Shown: positions 31,520 through 45,257, counted from the stretch's first letter. The stretch is DNA of 64,000 nucleotides from an uncultured cyanobacterium (GCA_963703315.1 OY969811.1:448001-512000); one strand, 5' to 3'. Numbers and translations: made by a program. The notes: a model not told the origin generated them from the letters alone.

Positions 31520-31825
31520 ATGTCTTTAGAACCTTTTTTGATTATTGCTGCTGCACTGTTCTGTATTGGTATCTACGGATTAGTCACCAGTCGCAATGCA
31601 GTACGTGTATTGATGTCAGTAGAGTTAATGCTCAATGCTGTTAACTTGAACCTGATGGCATTTTCTAATTTCTTAGATTCAGCTAGTATTCGTGGTCAAG
31701 TATTTACGATTTTTGTGATTTCGATCGCGGCGGCGGAAGCGGCTGTTGGTCTAGCGATCGTCCTATCAATCTATCGTAGTCGCGACACAGTGGATATGGA
31801 GCAATTTAACTTGTTACGTTGGTAA
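31520..31825 (+). CDS. ndhE: NDH-1 subunit E (NuoK)
   Basis: [32 protein letters not shown]. Confidence 0.97.
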   Translation: MSLEPFLIIAAALFCIGIYGLVTSRNAVRVLMSVELMLNAVNLNLMAFSNFLDSASIRGQVFTIFVISIAAAEAAVGLAIVLSIYRSRDTVDMEQFNLLRW

Positions 31826-31900
31826 TAATTTGAGTTTTCATTTTCCCTATGGTGAAATGAAAACTCAAAATCTAGCTAATAAAAGCCAATTCTTAAAGCT

Positions 31901-32752
31901 ATGTCAGAATCTCAACCCTATCAAGACCCTGTTGCTCAACTTCTTACTTTCGATACTCCAACTAACTGGCAAGATAATTGGATTGACTACCCTTCTCAGT
32001 TTGGATTGACGAAAGCAGATGTTCCTGAACTGGTCCGACTAAGTTGGGATCAGGATTTAATGGATAATGCATCAGGATATAGCGGAATTCATGCACTCAG
32101 AGCCGCCGCTCAGTTAGAGCCAGAAACCGCTATCAAGGAATATTTAAAGCTGTTGACCGAATTTCCTGATGATGATTTTCTACATGAAGAAATAAATGGA
32201 ATATCCAAACAGGTTGGTGAGATTGCGATCGCCCCACTAAAAGAGGTAATGGCTGATCTAACCCAACATCAGTGGGTACGGGTAACTGCGGCAGATGGAT
32301 TAGAAGAAATTGGTAAAGCGCATTCTGATCTTCGTCAGACTTGTATAGACAATTTAATTGAGACACTTCAAAATTATCGTGACATCAATAATGATGTGAT
32401 TACTTCAACATTGATTAGCAATTTAACTGAGTTAAAGGCGGTAGAGGCTGTAGATCTAATCGAGGAAGTATTTGCTAATACTGAAGTTGATGAGTGGATG
32501 ACAGGGTCTTGGGCTACGGTGCAGGTGGAATTGGGACTAAAAAAAGAGTCAGACTTTTCGCCGAAAGAGCTAGAACCGAAGCCACCAGATTACATTTTAA
32601 ATTTACGAGAACAGCAACGTCAGATTGAAAAAGCGCGTAAGCGTGAACTGTTATTGACTGAATTGAGTGTTCCTGCGCGACCTATGGCTAAGGGATTTGG
32701 CTCAAGTAAACAAGGAAATAAGGCAAGCAAAAACAAAAAGAAAAAAAGCTAG
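31901..32752 (+). CDS. HEAT-repeat / DUF1186-like protein
   Basis: IHALRAAAQL, LISNLTELKAVEA, GSWATVQVELG helical repeats; basic KGFG...KKKKS tail. Confidence 0.65.
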   Translation: MSESQPYQDPVAQLLTFDTPTNWQDNWIDYPSQFGLTKADVPELVRLSWDQDLMDNASGYSGIHALRAAAQLEPETAIKEYLKLLTEFPDDDFLHEEINGISKQVGEIAIAPLKEVMADLTQHQWVRVTAADGLEEIGKAHSDLRQTCIDNLIETLQNYRDINNDVITSTLISNLTELKAVEAVDLIEEVFANTEVDEWMTGSWATVQVELGLKKESDFSPKELEPKPPDYILNLREQQRQIEKARKRELLLTELSVPARPMAKGFGSSKQGNKASKNKKKKS

Positions 32753-32769
32753 CCAGACGGTTCCGTAAA

Positions 32770-33456
32770 TTATAGTGATTGCAAAGCTAAACTCAAGAAA
32801 GCACTAGATAGGGGAACTGAGAGATTATCTGTGCCTCCAGGGGAATAAGCTTCGAGTAAAGCCGCGATCGCCGCTACAGGTATTGCAATTCCCACATCAT
32901 GAGAGCGAATACCGTGCGTAATTCCCAAAATACCAAGTATCACTACTAAGCTAGTGACAAACATGGCGAAAGAACCTTCATAACTGCGTTTATTGCCCAA
33001 ATGCACAAATGTATGTGTACCAAAGCGTTTACCGATTAATGCTGCCATGCCGTCACCCCATGACATTACCATCACACCGATGACAGCATATTGAGGATTA
33101 TTTTCCCAAAGAAGTATGGCTAAAATCGTGATACTAAGAGCATAGTAGAACACGCCGTAGGTTTTACGCCCCACATCATCAAGCATCGGCAAAATATTGA
33201 TCCGATGAGAAGCCAGGGCGATCGCGCTAAATGTCACACCTGCAACAATACATAACCATGTGGGGATATGTAACCACCATGCGATCAGTAACACATTACC
33301 AGTGCCAATATGCACAACTTTACGAACTAATTCTGGATCTTGCTTAAGGCGATGCAAGATTTCGGAGACTAGAAATACTAGACCAAGCCAAACTACTACT
33401 GCCCCAATTTGAATAGGCAAAGCAGTTGTCGCAGAGATATCGCCAGTTATGGACAT
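32770..33456 (-). CDS. Diacylglycerol/polyprenol (phytol) kinase family protein
   Basis: RKVVHIGTG, MSWGDGMAALIG, RSYEGS, GTDNLSVP. Confidence 0.88.
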   Translation of the reverse strand: MSITGDISATTALPIQIGAVVVWLGLVFLVSEILHRLKQDPELVRKVVHIGTGNVLLIAWWLHIPTWLCIVAGVTFSAIALASHRINILPMLDDVGRKTYGVFYYALSITILAILLWENNPQYAVIGVMVMSWGDGMAALIGKRFGTHTFVHLGNKRSYEGSFAMFVTSLVVILGILGITHGIRSHDVGIAIPVAAIAALLEAYSPGGTDNLSVPLSSAFLSLALQSL

Positions 33457-33685
33457 ATTGTGACAAAGCTAAAAATACGCATACTTGATTGTTTATGTTA
33501 TCGCACCTTTTCGCTATTGTTTCATGATTTCCATGAAGGTATCCCAGTTATCAAAGTGATCGCGATAAGATTAATTACAACGCTGTGCGCTCAATCCTAA
33601 ACCCAAAAGTTTTATAAAAGCATTGCTCTGCAATGCTTTTATAAAACTTTTGGGTTCGTTATAGTTAAAAACGAAGTTACTACAA

Positions 33686-35479
33686 ATGTCTACTGTCCAT
33701 CCCTTTATCCGACTGACACGATATGCACGCAATTATCGCCAACAAATTTGGACTGCAACCATCTGTTCCATTCTCAATAAATTCTTTGATTTAGCTCCAC
33801 CTGTTTTAATTGGAGCAGCGATCGATCTGGTATTACAAAAAGAGAACTTTTGGGCAAATCCCTTTGGTGTTCAGGGCTTAGCAGCGCAGTTGTTTGTACT
33901 ATCAGCAATCAGTGGTGTGATTTGGGGATTGGAATCAATTTTTGAATATGCTTATGCACTGCAATGGCGAAATCTTGCTCAGACAGTGCAGCATGACCTC
34001 CGCCTTGATGCTTACGATCATTTGCAAGAATTGGAACTCGCATTTTTTGAAGAGCGTAGTTCAGGTGGATTGATGTCAATTTTGAGTGATGATGTTAATC
34101 AATTAGAACGTTTTCTTGATGGTGGAGCTAATGAAGTCATTCAAGTTTCGGCAACGATTCTCTTAATTGGTGGTGCATTCTTTATCATTACACCGAACGT
34201 GGCTTGGCTAGCTCTAGCACCGATGCCATTTATTCTATGGGGTTCTGTCTGGTTTCAGAAATTCCTTGCGCCACGCTATGCTGACGTGCGCGAAAAGGTG
34301 GGATTGCTGAATGGACAACTCTCCAATAATATCGGTGGAATTACTACGATTAAGGCATTTGTCACCGAAGAATATGAACATAAGCGCATTGAGAAAGAAA
34401 GTAATCATTATCGTCAAAGTAATCGTAAAGCGATCGCCTATAGTGCTGCCTTCGTTCCCTTAATCAGAATTCTGATCTTCATGGGATTTATCGCGATTTT
34501 GTATTATGGAGGTTTGGAAGTACAGGCACAAAGACTATCGGTTGGTAATTATTCGGTGATGGTTTATTTGATTCAGCGCTTGCTATGGCCCCTAACGCGA
34601 TTGGGTGAAACCCTTGATCAATACCAACGAGCAATGGCTTCGACAAATCGCATTCTTGATTTATTAGATACACCGATCGCCATTCATTCAGGTTCACAAG
34701 CTTTACCACCCAAAGAACTAGTGCAAGGAGCGATCCAACTAAAGGATGTTACCTTTGGTTATAACCCTAGTTTCCCTATTGTCGAGAATCTATCCTTAGA
34801 TATTGCTGCCCATAAAACTACAGCGATTGTAGGCGCGACAGGCTCTGGTAAAAGTACTCTAGTCAAGCTGCTTTTACGTTTATACGAGATTCAATCGGGA
34901 AATATCTTTTTAGATGAAGTAGAAATCCGTGACTTAGAACTGCGATCGCTCCGTTCATCAGTAGGTTGGGTGAGCCAAGATGTCTTTCTATTTCACGGTT
35001 CCGTTTTAGAAAATATTGCCTATGGTTCCTTTGATGCGACAGTTGAGCAGATTGTGGAAGCTGCCAAGGTTGCAGAAGCCCATGAGTTTATTCAAGCTTT
35101 GCCTCAAGGTTACGATACGATTGTCGGTGAACGTGGTCAAAAGCTCTCAGGTGGGCAGCGACAAAGAATTGCGATCGCCCGTGCAGTATTACGCAATCCA
35201 CCAATTTTAATTCTCGATGAAGCTACTTCGGCAGTGGATAATGAAACGGAAGCAGCAATTCAAAAATCTCTCGATCAGATTACGAAAAATCGCACCACCA
35301 TTGCGATCGCCCATCGTCTTTCTACAATTCGCAATGCTGATCGCATTTATGTAATGGATCAGGGCAAGGTCGTGGAGACAGGAACCCACGATCAGCTAGT
35401 TGCCCTAAATGGTATTTACACTGGTTTATGGAACCTGCAAACTGGACAAACTCATGAGGCGGCAAAGTCTGAGTTTTAG
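33686..35479 (+). CDS. ABC transporter ATP-binding/permease (exporter)
   Basis: TMD followed by GATGSGKST, LSGGQRQR, ILDEATS. Confidence 0.93.
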   Translation: MSTVHPFIRLTRYARNYRQQIWTATICSILNKFFDLAPPVLIGAAIDLVLQKENFWANPFGVQGLAAQLFVLSAISGVIWGLESIFEYAYALQWRNLAQTVQHDLRLDAYDHLQELELAFFEERSSGGLMSILSDDVNQLERFLDGGANEVIQVSATILLIGGAFFIITPNVAWLALAPMPFILWGSVWFQKFLAPRYADVREKVGLLNGQLSNNIGGITTIKAFVTEEYEHKRIEKESNHYRQSNRKAIAYSAAFVPLIRILIFMGFIAILYYGGLEVQAQRLSVGNYSVMVYLIQRLLWPLTRLGETLDQYQRAMASTNRILDLLDTPIAIHSGSQALPPKELVQGAIQLKDVTFGYNPSFPIVENLSLDIAAHKTTAIVGATGSGKSTLVKLLLRLYEIQSGNIFLDEVEIRDLELRSLRSSVGWVSQDVFLFHGSVLENIAYGSFDATVEQIVEAAKVAEAHEFIQALPQGYDTIVGERGQKLSGGQRQRIAIARAVLRNPPILILDEATSAVDNETEAAIQKSLDQITKNRTTIAIAHRLSTIRNADRIYVMDQGKVVETGTHDQLVALNGIYTGLWNLQTGQTHEAAKSEF

Positions 35480-35517
35480 TTGTTGCCTTGATGTGTAGGT
35501 CATATCATTCAAATTAC

Positions 35518-35560
35518 CAAACAGCGATCGCCTATTCCCAAAAACAAAACAAGGCGATCG
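35518..35560 (+). repeat. HIP1-anchored cassette-border motif (copy upstream of DUF29)
   Basis: CAAACAGCGATCGCCTATTCCCAAAAACAAAACAAGGCGATCG. Confidence 0.7.
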
Positions 35561-35629
35561 TTTCAAATAAATAATTCAGGTATACAATCAGAAAAAGAGT
35601 AGCATCAATTCGTAACTCAAACTAATACA

Positions 35630-36085
35630 GTGAGTATCATGACATCAACAGTACTTTATGAATCTGATTTCTATAATTGGACAGTTGAACAGGTCAAGCG
35701 TTTACGCTTAGGTAAGTTGGATGATTTAGATTTAGAGAATTTAGCGGAAGAGATAGAATCCTTGGGTAATCAGAAAAGGTCTGAATTGGAGAACCGTTTG
35801 GGGGTTTTGTTGGGACATTTACTCAAGTGGGATTTACAGCCTAGTTTACGCGGCAAGAGTTGGCGCTCCACAATTAGAGAGCAGAGGCGTGAGATTAAAA
35901 AATTAATCAGAAAAAATCCTAGCTTGAAGTCTTATCTTGATGAAGCGATCACCGATGGCTATGAGTCTGCATTAGATTTGGTAGTAAGAGAAACACCTTT
36001 GGATTATAAAGATTTGCCAAAAGATTGCTCTTATTCGATCGCACAACTTTTTGATGATAACTTTCCTGTTGGCATAGAGATTTGA
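35630..36085 (+). CDS. DUF29 family protein
   Basis: LYESDFYNW, LDLENLAEEIESLG, LLGHLLKW, SWRSTIREQR, NPSLK. Confidence 0.92.
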   Translation: MSIMTSTVLYESDFYNWTVEQVKRLRLGKLDDLDLENLAEEIESLGNQKRSELENRLGVLLGHLLKWDLQPSLRGKSWRSTIREQRREIKKLIRKNPSLKSYLDEAITDGYESALDLVVRETPLDYKDLPKDCSYSIAQLFDDNFPVGIEI

Positions 36086-36116
36086 GATATAGCGATCGCC
36101 CCATCAATCAAACTTT

Positions 36117-36160
36117 CAAACAGCGATCGCCTATTCACAAAAAACAAAACAATGTGATCG
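36117..36160 (+). repeat. HIP1-anchored cassette-border motif (copy downstream of DUF29)
   Basis: CAAACAGCGATCGCCTATTCACAAAAAACAAAACAATGTGATCG, a direct repeat of 35518-35560. Confidence 0.7.
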
Positions 36161-36385
36161 CCCAATCCTCACAATCTCGATAACCACGCCGTGATATTTC
36201 AACCATAAAAAACTTAGAAACGACTAAAGCTAGCGCCCCAACCAACTTACTTTACAAAACTTATCGTTAGTTTTTGGTTGAAATACCTGTAAATGCAGCA
36301 TTTTCTGATGAGATAGAGTTAGATATTTAAGTTGGAAAACCCTATACTGGGTAGTTATTATTTCGACTTTTTACATACCCTTTAA

Positions 36386-39154
<2,769 letters not shown>

Positions 39155-39178
39155 CTTTTAGCTTTTAGCCGTTAGTTT

Positions 39179-39212
39179 AAAAAAGAGAGATGGCTTTGCC
39201 ATCTCTCTTTTT
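39179..39212. terminator. Triloop hairpin / probable terminator after apcE
   Basis: AAAAAAGAGAGATGGC-TTT-GCCATCTCTCTTTTT. Confidence 0.7.
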
Positions 39213-39272
39213 TTGATGAACTGATGGCGCGTCAATCAAAGCAACCCGCGCCACTGTAGCGATATTGTAAAG

Positions 39273-40757
39273 TCAGGTGTGGTAATCATTTGATTCCTCA
39301 GCAGCGATCGCTTGTTTTTTGGGAATAGGCTTGTCGTACTTAATGCCGATTTGGATTACTTTGTCTTGCTGCGGCTCTGGACGCGATCGCTCAATACCAC
39401 GACGGCGTTCGGAAGTGCGTTCTTCACTAGTAGCCTCAGTCACGACTTCGTAGAGAATCGCTTGTTTATTGGCTTCTGTCCCCCGTCGTAGCACTCGTCC
39501 CAAGCGCTGAATATATTCACGGGCAGAGCCTGTACCCGATAGAAGAATGGCAATACGGGCATCGGGGACATCCACACCTTCATTCAAAACATGGGAAGTA
39601 ACTAGAGCTTTATATTTACCTTCACGAAAGAAGGTCAAAATTTCATGACGCTCTTTGACAGGGGTTTGATGGGTGAGGGCAGGGATAAGTAAATCTCGCG
39701 AGATCCGATAAACCGTGTCGTTATCATTGGTAAAAATGAGAATGCGTTCAGGAAAATGTTGAGCTAATAAATCCGCTAAGACTCGCAATTTTGACTCAGT
39801 ACCTAGTGATAATTCCTTTGATTCCCGATGGGCAAGCATCGCTCTCCGTCCTGCCTGCGATCGCGCACTGGCTTGTACAAATCTTTGCCATCCTTCCAGA
39901 CTACCGAGGGAGATTTTTGATTCCTTTAAAAAATTATTTCGGCTTTGGATTAGCGCATCATAGCGATCGCGTTCTTGAGCAGAAAGAGAAACTTTAATCT
40001 GCACAATTTTATGTTCAGCTAGGGCTTGTCCTGCCAGTTCTTCTGCCGATTTACGATAGACCTCTTCACCAATGAGAACTTCTAAATCAGCGTGTTTACC
40101 ATCGCTGCGTTCAGGTGTGGCAGTTAATCCCAATCGATAAGGGGCGATCGCGTATTCTGCAATTACTCGAAAAAAATCCGTTGGCAAATGGTGACATTCA
40201 TCAAAGACGATTAAGCCATAGAGATTTCCCAAAGCTTCCGCTTGAATAGCCGCACTATCATAGGTTGACACCAGAATAGCTGTGCGATCGCGCGATCCAC
40301 CTCCCAACAAACCAATCTCTACATCAGGAAAAGCTGCCAGTAAATGCGCGTACCACTGATGCATCAAATCAAGGGTTGGCACAACTATCAAAGTACTGCG
40401 ATTGGTAACCTGCATCGCTAACTGCGCCAAATAGGTTTTACCTGCGGCAGTAGGCAAAACGACTACGCCTTGCTTGCCCACTTTTTGCCATGCGGCAAGA
40501 GCCTCACTCTGGTGCGGATATGGCTCCATTTTGCTATGGGCAGTCAGGTTAATCTCTTGATATCCCCGTGATGTATCTTCGATCGCAATTCCTTCTGATC
40601 GCAAAGTCAAAATTAATTCACGATAACGATTGGCAGGAATCCGAAACTTCTCAATGCGATCATCCCACGTCGCAAACTCAATCCATGTCTTACCTTTGGG
40701 GGGTGGATGGAGAATTAACGTACCGCGATCGTAAGTTAGTTTAGGTATACGGGGCAT
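39273..40757 (-). CDS. XPB/Rad25-like SF2 helicase
   Basis: LPTAAGKT, FDECHHL, GLTATP, LNEGVDVP, QRLGRVLR. Confidence 0.9.
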   Translation of the reverse strand: MPRIPKLTYDRGTLILHPPPKGKTWIEFATWDDRIEKFRIPANRYRELILTLRSEGIAIEDTSRGYQEINLTAHSKMEPYPHQSEALAAWQKVGKQGVVVLPTAAGKTYLAQLAMQVTNRSTLIVVPTLDLMHQWYAHLLAAFPDVEIGLLGGGSRDRTAILVSTYDSAAIQAEALGNLYGLIVFDECHHLPTDFFRVIAEYAIAPYRLGLTATPERSDGKHADLEVLIGEEVYRKSAEELAGQALAEHKIVQIKVSLSAQERDRYDALIQSRNNFLKESKISLGSLEGWQRFVQASARSQAGRRAMLAHRESKELSLGTESKLRVLADLLAQHFPERILIFTNDNDTVYRISRDLLIPALTHQTPVKERHEILTFFREGKYKALVTSHVLNEGVDVPDARIAILLSGTGSAREYIQRLGRVLRRGTEANKQAILYEVVTEATSEERTSERRRGIERSRPEPQQDKVIQIGIKYDKPIPKKQAIAAEESNDYHT

Positions 40758-40874
40758 TCAATACCGAAAGTTTTTAACAAGCCAAGATTACCAAATTTTT
40801 AGTGACGCGGCTTTGCCGCGCCACTAAGAATTTGGTTCTTTAATTTTACTGTGATTCAATTGTTATTATGCGTA

Positions 40875-40967
40875 TAAGTAAGTAGGCTTAATTAAATATA
40901 AAACCCTCAAACCTGTGGCGCACGCTGCGCGTGCGCCACAGGTTTGAGATCTATGCCAAGATACTTA
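40875..40967. mobile_element. MITE family A with central hairpin
   Basis: TAAGTAAGTAGG...AGATACTTA enclosing AAACCTGTGGCGCACGC-TGC-GCGTGCGCCACAGGTTT. Confidence 0.65.
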
Positions 40968-40988
40968 GCTTAGTGAGGAGATGTCATT

Positions 40989-42329
40989 TTGAGTCAATTA
41001 CCAAACTGCATTCCTAGCCCACCCTATTGGCAACTTATAAATTGGATTACTGATCCCATTGGCACTCAGGAAAGATATAGTCGCAAGCATGGTGATATCT
41101 TTACAATGCAATTGGGAGGCATTGGTTCTTTTGTGGTGATTGGCAATCCGCAAGCTGTACAAGAGATATTTAATCAAGATTCTAAATTTGATGCAGGGCA
41201 AGGTAATGCTCTGGGAGAACCCCTCGTCGGGCGGAATTCTTTGATGTTGTTAGACGGCGATCGCCATCGGCGCGAACGCAAATTGTTAATGCCCCCCTTT
41301 CATGGTGAAAGACTACATACTTACGCCAACCAGATCTGTGTGATTGCCGAAAAAGTCGCCAGTCAGTGGCAAGTCGGACAAGCTTTTGTGATGCGGACTG
41401 CAATGCAGAAGGTTAGCCTAGAAATAATTTTGCAGGTTGTGTTTGGCTTGAGTGAAGGCGATCGCTATCAACAACTGCAACCACTTCTGACAGATTGGAT
41501 CAATATGACCGATTCTCCTCTGCGATCGAGTATGTTGTTTTTTCAGTTTTTACAAAAAGATTGGGGAAGCTGGACTCCTTGGGGACGGATGAAGCAGCGC
41601 CAACGCCAGATTCATCAATTACTGCAAGCTGAAATTGATGAGAGAAGAACAACGGCAACCAATGGGCGAACCGATGTCCTCAGCTTGATGATGGCAGCAA
41701 GGGATGAACAGGGGCAAGCGATGACCGACGAGGAATTAAGGGATGAACTGCTCACCATATTATTAGCAGGACATGAAACTACCGCAACAACTTTGGCTTG
41801 GGCGTTCTATCAAATCCATCAACATCCCGATGTCCGTGAACAACTGTTACAGGAATTAGATGGTTTAGGCGAGAATCCTGCTCCGATGGAAATCGCCAAA
41901 CTTCCCTATTTGAGCGCAGTTTGTCAAGAGACTCTCCGAATGTATCCCGTCCTTCCTGGAATTTTTCCACGCGTGGCTAATTCACCTGTGAAGGTGGCAG
42001 GATATGCATTTGATGCTGGCACAATTTTAATGCCAACTATTTATCTAGTCCATTATCGGGAAGATTTGTATCCTCATGCCCAGCAATTTGTCCCAGCCAG
42101 ATTTTGCGATCGCCAGTATTCTCCGTCTGAATATTTCCCCTTTGGTGGCGGTAGTCGGCGATGTTTGGGATATGCCTTGGCTCAGTTAGAAATGAAACTG
42201 GTTATTGCCACGATTTTAGCTAAATATCAACTTGCCTTAGCAGAGGATAAGCCGATTAAAATACAACGTCGTGGATTTACGCTTGCGCCTACGGGAGGGG
42301 TTCGGATGGTGTTGACTGATCCCCTGTGA
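40989..42329 (+). CDS. Cytochrome P450 (CYP110-like)
   Basis: [20 protein letters not shown] heme motif; GAGGAG RBS before a TTG start. Confidence 0.93.
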   Translation: MSQLPNCIPSPPYWQLINWITDPIGTQERYSRKHGDIFTMQLGGIGSFVVIGNPQAVQEIFNQDSKFDAGQGNALGEPLVGRNSLMLLDGDRHRRERKLLMPPFHGERLHTYANQICVIAEKVASQWQVGQAFVMRTAMQKVSLEIILQVVFGLSEGDRYQQLQPLLTDWINMTDSPLRSSMLFFQFLQKDWGSWTPWGRMKQRQRQIHQLLQAEIDERRTTATNGRTDVLSLMMAARDEQGQAMTDEELRDELLTILLAGHETTATTLAWAFYQIHQHPDVREQLLQELDGLGENPAPMEIAKLPYLSAVCQETLRMYPVLPGIFPRVANSPVKVAGYAFDAGTILMPTIYLVHYREDLYPHAQQFVPARFCDRQYSPSEYFPFGGGSRRCLGYALAQLEMKLVIATILAKYQLALAEDKPIKIQRRGFTLAPTGGVRMVLTDPL

Positions 42330-42450
42330 CATCGATCGCATTTACTTACACGCAACGTCACAAGCGCATAGATGCGCGATCGCAAGCTCAACCTTGATAG
42401 AACGAGATACTAATGTCATCGAGAAAAACGTTCATCAAAGGCAAAAAGCA

Positions 42451-42696
42451 ATGATCCTCAATTCACTAAACCAAGTTCGCTCCATTGTCATCAATACCAT
42501 CACTGGCACTGAACAAGCGATTATATTTCTCGGCAAAATCTTTGTAGTCGATAGGATGTACAACTCTCTCAATGAGGCGATCGCAGGATGCAGAAGAGAC
42601 TTAGATTTGGGCATGGCAATCTTAATCACACCCAATGAAAATAAATTTAGCGTTTGGGTTTCAATTCCCAACGAATTGATTTTGCAAGCTGCCTAA
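42451..42696 (+). CDS. Small hypothetical protein
   Basis: ATG 42451 MILNSLNQVRSIVI...AIAGCRRDLDLG; ORF track starts earlier at a TTG. Confidence 0.55.
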   Translation: MILNSLNQVRSIVINTITGTEQAIIFLGKIFVVDRMYNSLNEAIAGCRRDLDLGMAILITPNENKFSVWVSIPNELILQAA

Positions 42697-43208
42697 GCTT
42701 GGTAAACAAAAACCTGAACCTCAATACCTTTGTGCCTAGCCTTAGCGATCGTGTCTTGTGTCCCCTCAGTGCCATTGACATGAAAAGCGATCAGGTGATC
42801 AGCAATATCAATAATTTTGGTAATGCGCTTAAAGTACGCTTCTTTGTCAATGATTTGGGATACCCCTTCAACGAGACATCCCATTGACTTTACTGCTTGC
42901 AATTGCAAAATCAAAGTTTCTGCCTGTTTATTCGTGATTATCCCTTCACTCGCACGATTCAAATAGTGATTACGGTATATTTCCAATGTAGACGGGATCA
43001 TAATTTTTAAGCGACTAGCATCAATACCAGATTGCAAGGCTTCATCAGTAGCCAAGAAATCTACACCTAATGCTCCCCCTGAGACAATGCCATTACCAAG
43101 ATTTAGTAGCGATTGCACCTCTGCCCGCACCTTGTTTTCAATGTCAAGATTTGTGTGTCGCCAACTACCCGCGATCGCCGTCCATCTCATAGGGGTTTCA
43201 GAAGCCAT
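42693..43208 (-). CDS. SLOG-superfamily (DprA/YpsA-like) protein
   Basis: AIAGSWR, IVSGGALGVD, LIAFHVNGTEGTQDTI. Confidence 0.7.
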   Translation of the reverse strand: MASETPMRWTAIAGSWRHTNLDIENKVRAEVQSLLNLGNGIVSGGALGVDFLATDEALQSGIDASRLKIMIPSTLEIYRNHYLNRASEGIITNKQAETLILQLQAVKSMGCLVEGVSQIIDKEAYFKRITKIIDIADHLIAFHVNGTEGTQDTIAKARHKGIEVQVFVYQA

Positions 43209-43410
43209 ACTTCACCAATAGTTTTGCAAATAGTTGCTTATAGCTGTCGTCAAGTGTAAACCCAAAAAGGGAGTGGCGGCGCAAAGCGCCACCACTCCCT
43301 TTTTGGGATTTTATTTTGTAGCGATCGCAATAATTAAAACTCTAACCCATACGTTCAAGCGTTAAGATATTGATTGGTTCGTAGATGCGGTTTCGGGGTA
43401 TCCCAAATCA

Positions 43411-44271
43411 ATGGCTGTTAAACTTGCGCTGGATGATAAACAAGAAATACTTCGCCTCTATCGTGAGTCCGATGCGACCACGACACAGTTGGCAAAGCAG
43501 TTTGGCATTAGTACGAGTACAGTCTTACGACTGCTACAAGAGCTAATCCCTGCTGAGGAGTATCGACAATTAGTAGGTCAAAAAAAGGCTGAAGGCAAAA
43601 GAGGATCGCGGGTCAATCACGATATTGGCGGTTTTCAGGTAAATCAGCTTGCTTTGATTCCTGATGATTTGCCATTGCCCCACGATGACATTAGCTATAA
43701 TTTTGACCAAGGTGATGAAACGGCGATCGCAATGGATGACAACCTAGATGAAATGTTAACCGATCCGCTAACTGATTCTTTAAGTGAAGTGGAAAGTGAC
43801 CTCGATGATGAAGATCTAGAGGATGAGGAAGAGTCTGAAGATGACTTGGTTGATGAGGATAATCTCGAGCTTGATGAGGATGAGCTAGATTTTGCAGAAG
43901 ATGATGCGGACTCTGGCTTATCGATGTTTGCCGAGCTACATGGTGGTCATAGTGCTAGCGATCGCCTTGAGATCTTGCCCCTAGACGAAGCGGACTTACC
44001 GTTAATTTGCTACATTGTCGTCGATCGTATTGCCGAGATTATTACTCGTCCGCTCAAAGATTTTAAAGATCTAGGTGCAATTCCGCCTGAAGAGTCACTG
44101 TCCAAAACAATTCCGATTTTTGATAATCATCGGGTGGCAAGGAGATTTTCCCATCACAATCAGCGTGTGATTAAATTTCCCAGCGATTTGATCCACATTA
44201 CTCGTCCTCAACTTGTCCAAAAGGGCATTACGCGCATCCTCTTTAGTGGTCAGGTATATACATTAAATTAA
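43411..44271 (+). CDS. Conserved cyanobacterial HTH protein with acidic linker
   Basis: N-terminal HTH (LAKQFGISTSTVLR), D/E-rich middle, CYIVVDR...PIFDNHRVARRF. Confidence 0.75.
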   Translation: MAVKLALDDKQEILRLYRESDATTTQLAKQFGISTSTVLRLLQELIPAEEYRQLVGQKKAEGKRGSRVNHDIGGFQVNQLALIPDDLPLPHDDISYNFDQGDETAIAMDDNLDEMLTDPLTDSLSEVESDLDDEDLEDEEESEDDLVDEDNLELDEDELDFAEDDADSGLSMFAELHGGHSASDRLEILPLDEADLPLICYIVVDRIAEIITRPLKDFKDLGAIPPEESLSKTIPIFDNHRVARRFSHHNQRVIKFPSDLIHITRPQLVQKGITRILFSGQVYTLN

Positions 44272-44369
44272 ATAGTAATTTAAATAGTAAGAATGCACCG
44301 TGCAAAGCGCGGTGCATTCTTACCATTTAATTGAAAAGGCAAAAGTAGAAAGTAAAAAAGGCGAATCTA

Positions 44370-45203
44370 GTGTTAACTCTTTCTCCTGCAAGGCAAAAGT
44401 TTTGGCAAATTGCCCATACGCCTGATCACCAAATGTCTATTGACCATCTACTAGAGGGGGCTTTGGCGATCGCATGGGAAGAATATCCGCGTATGGATCT
44501 GGGGCATTATCGCGAAATTCTTGATCGCATGGTTATGGACTTGCAACCAAGGCTGGCGAATATTCATTACCCACTGAAGGTTGTTCAAGAAATTAATCAA
44601 TATTTATTTGCTGAGCAAAAATTTGCAGGTAATGATCACGATTATTACGATCCGCGTAATAGCTTTATTAATGATGTGTTAGACCGCCGCTTGGGAATTC
44701 CCCTATCGCTATCGCTGATTTATATGATCATTGGCGATCGCCTCGGCTTTGCAATGGATGGGATTAGTTTCCCTGCCCATTTTATTGTGCGTCCCCAACA
44801 TCCCGATCTAGAGATTTTCATTGATCCCTACAATAAAGGTGAAATCCTATTTCCTGAAGACTGTGCTGCTAAGTTAACGCAGCTATATGGTTATGCAGTA
44901 CCTCTACAACCTGAATATCTCCAACCCGTAGGCATTCGCCGTATTTTAGATCGCTTACTGAATAATCTAAAACTAATCTATTTGCGCCGCCGTGAACCAA
45001 TCAAAGCTCTAGCGGCGATCGAGCGATCGCTGATGCTGCATCCTGATGTGCCAACCCAATGGCGCGATCGCGGTTTGATTTGTTATCAGTTAGATCGTTT
45101 TACCGAAGCCAGAATTGATCTGGAAAACTATTTGCAAAATGTCCCCTACGCAGAGGATAGTCGAGTAATTTTGCAATTAATCGCCGAAATGAAGCCTATT
45201 TAG
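44370..45203 (+). CDS. SirB1 / transglutaminase-like + TPR protein
   Basis: YYDPRNSFINDVLDRRLGIPLSL, GISFPAHF, RDRGL. Confidence 0.9.
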   Translation: MLTLSPARQKFWQIAHTPDHQMSIDHLLEGALAIAWEEYPRMDLGHYREILDRMVMDLQPRLANIHYPLKVVQEINQYLFAEQKFAGNDHDYYDPRNSFINDVLDRRLGIPLSLSLIYMIIGDRLGFAMDGISFPAHFIVRPQHPDLEIFIDPYNKGEILFPEDCAAKLTQLYGYAVPLQPEYLQPVGIRRILDRLLNNLKLIYLRRREPIKALAAIERSLMLHPDVPTQWRDRGLICYQLDRFTEARIDLENYLQNVPYAEDSRVILQLIAEMKPI

Positions 45204-45257
45204 TTTTGTGGCTGCTATCCAAAAGAGGATGGCGGCGCTTCGCGCCACCATCCTCTT

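Noticed and set aside
43411..44271. HTH protein as a transposase
   Set aside because: No DDE/HUH motifs or terminal repeats.
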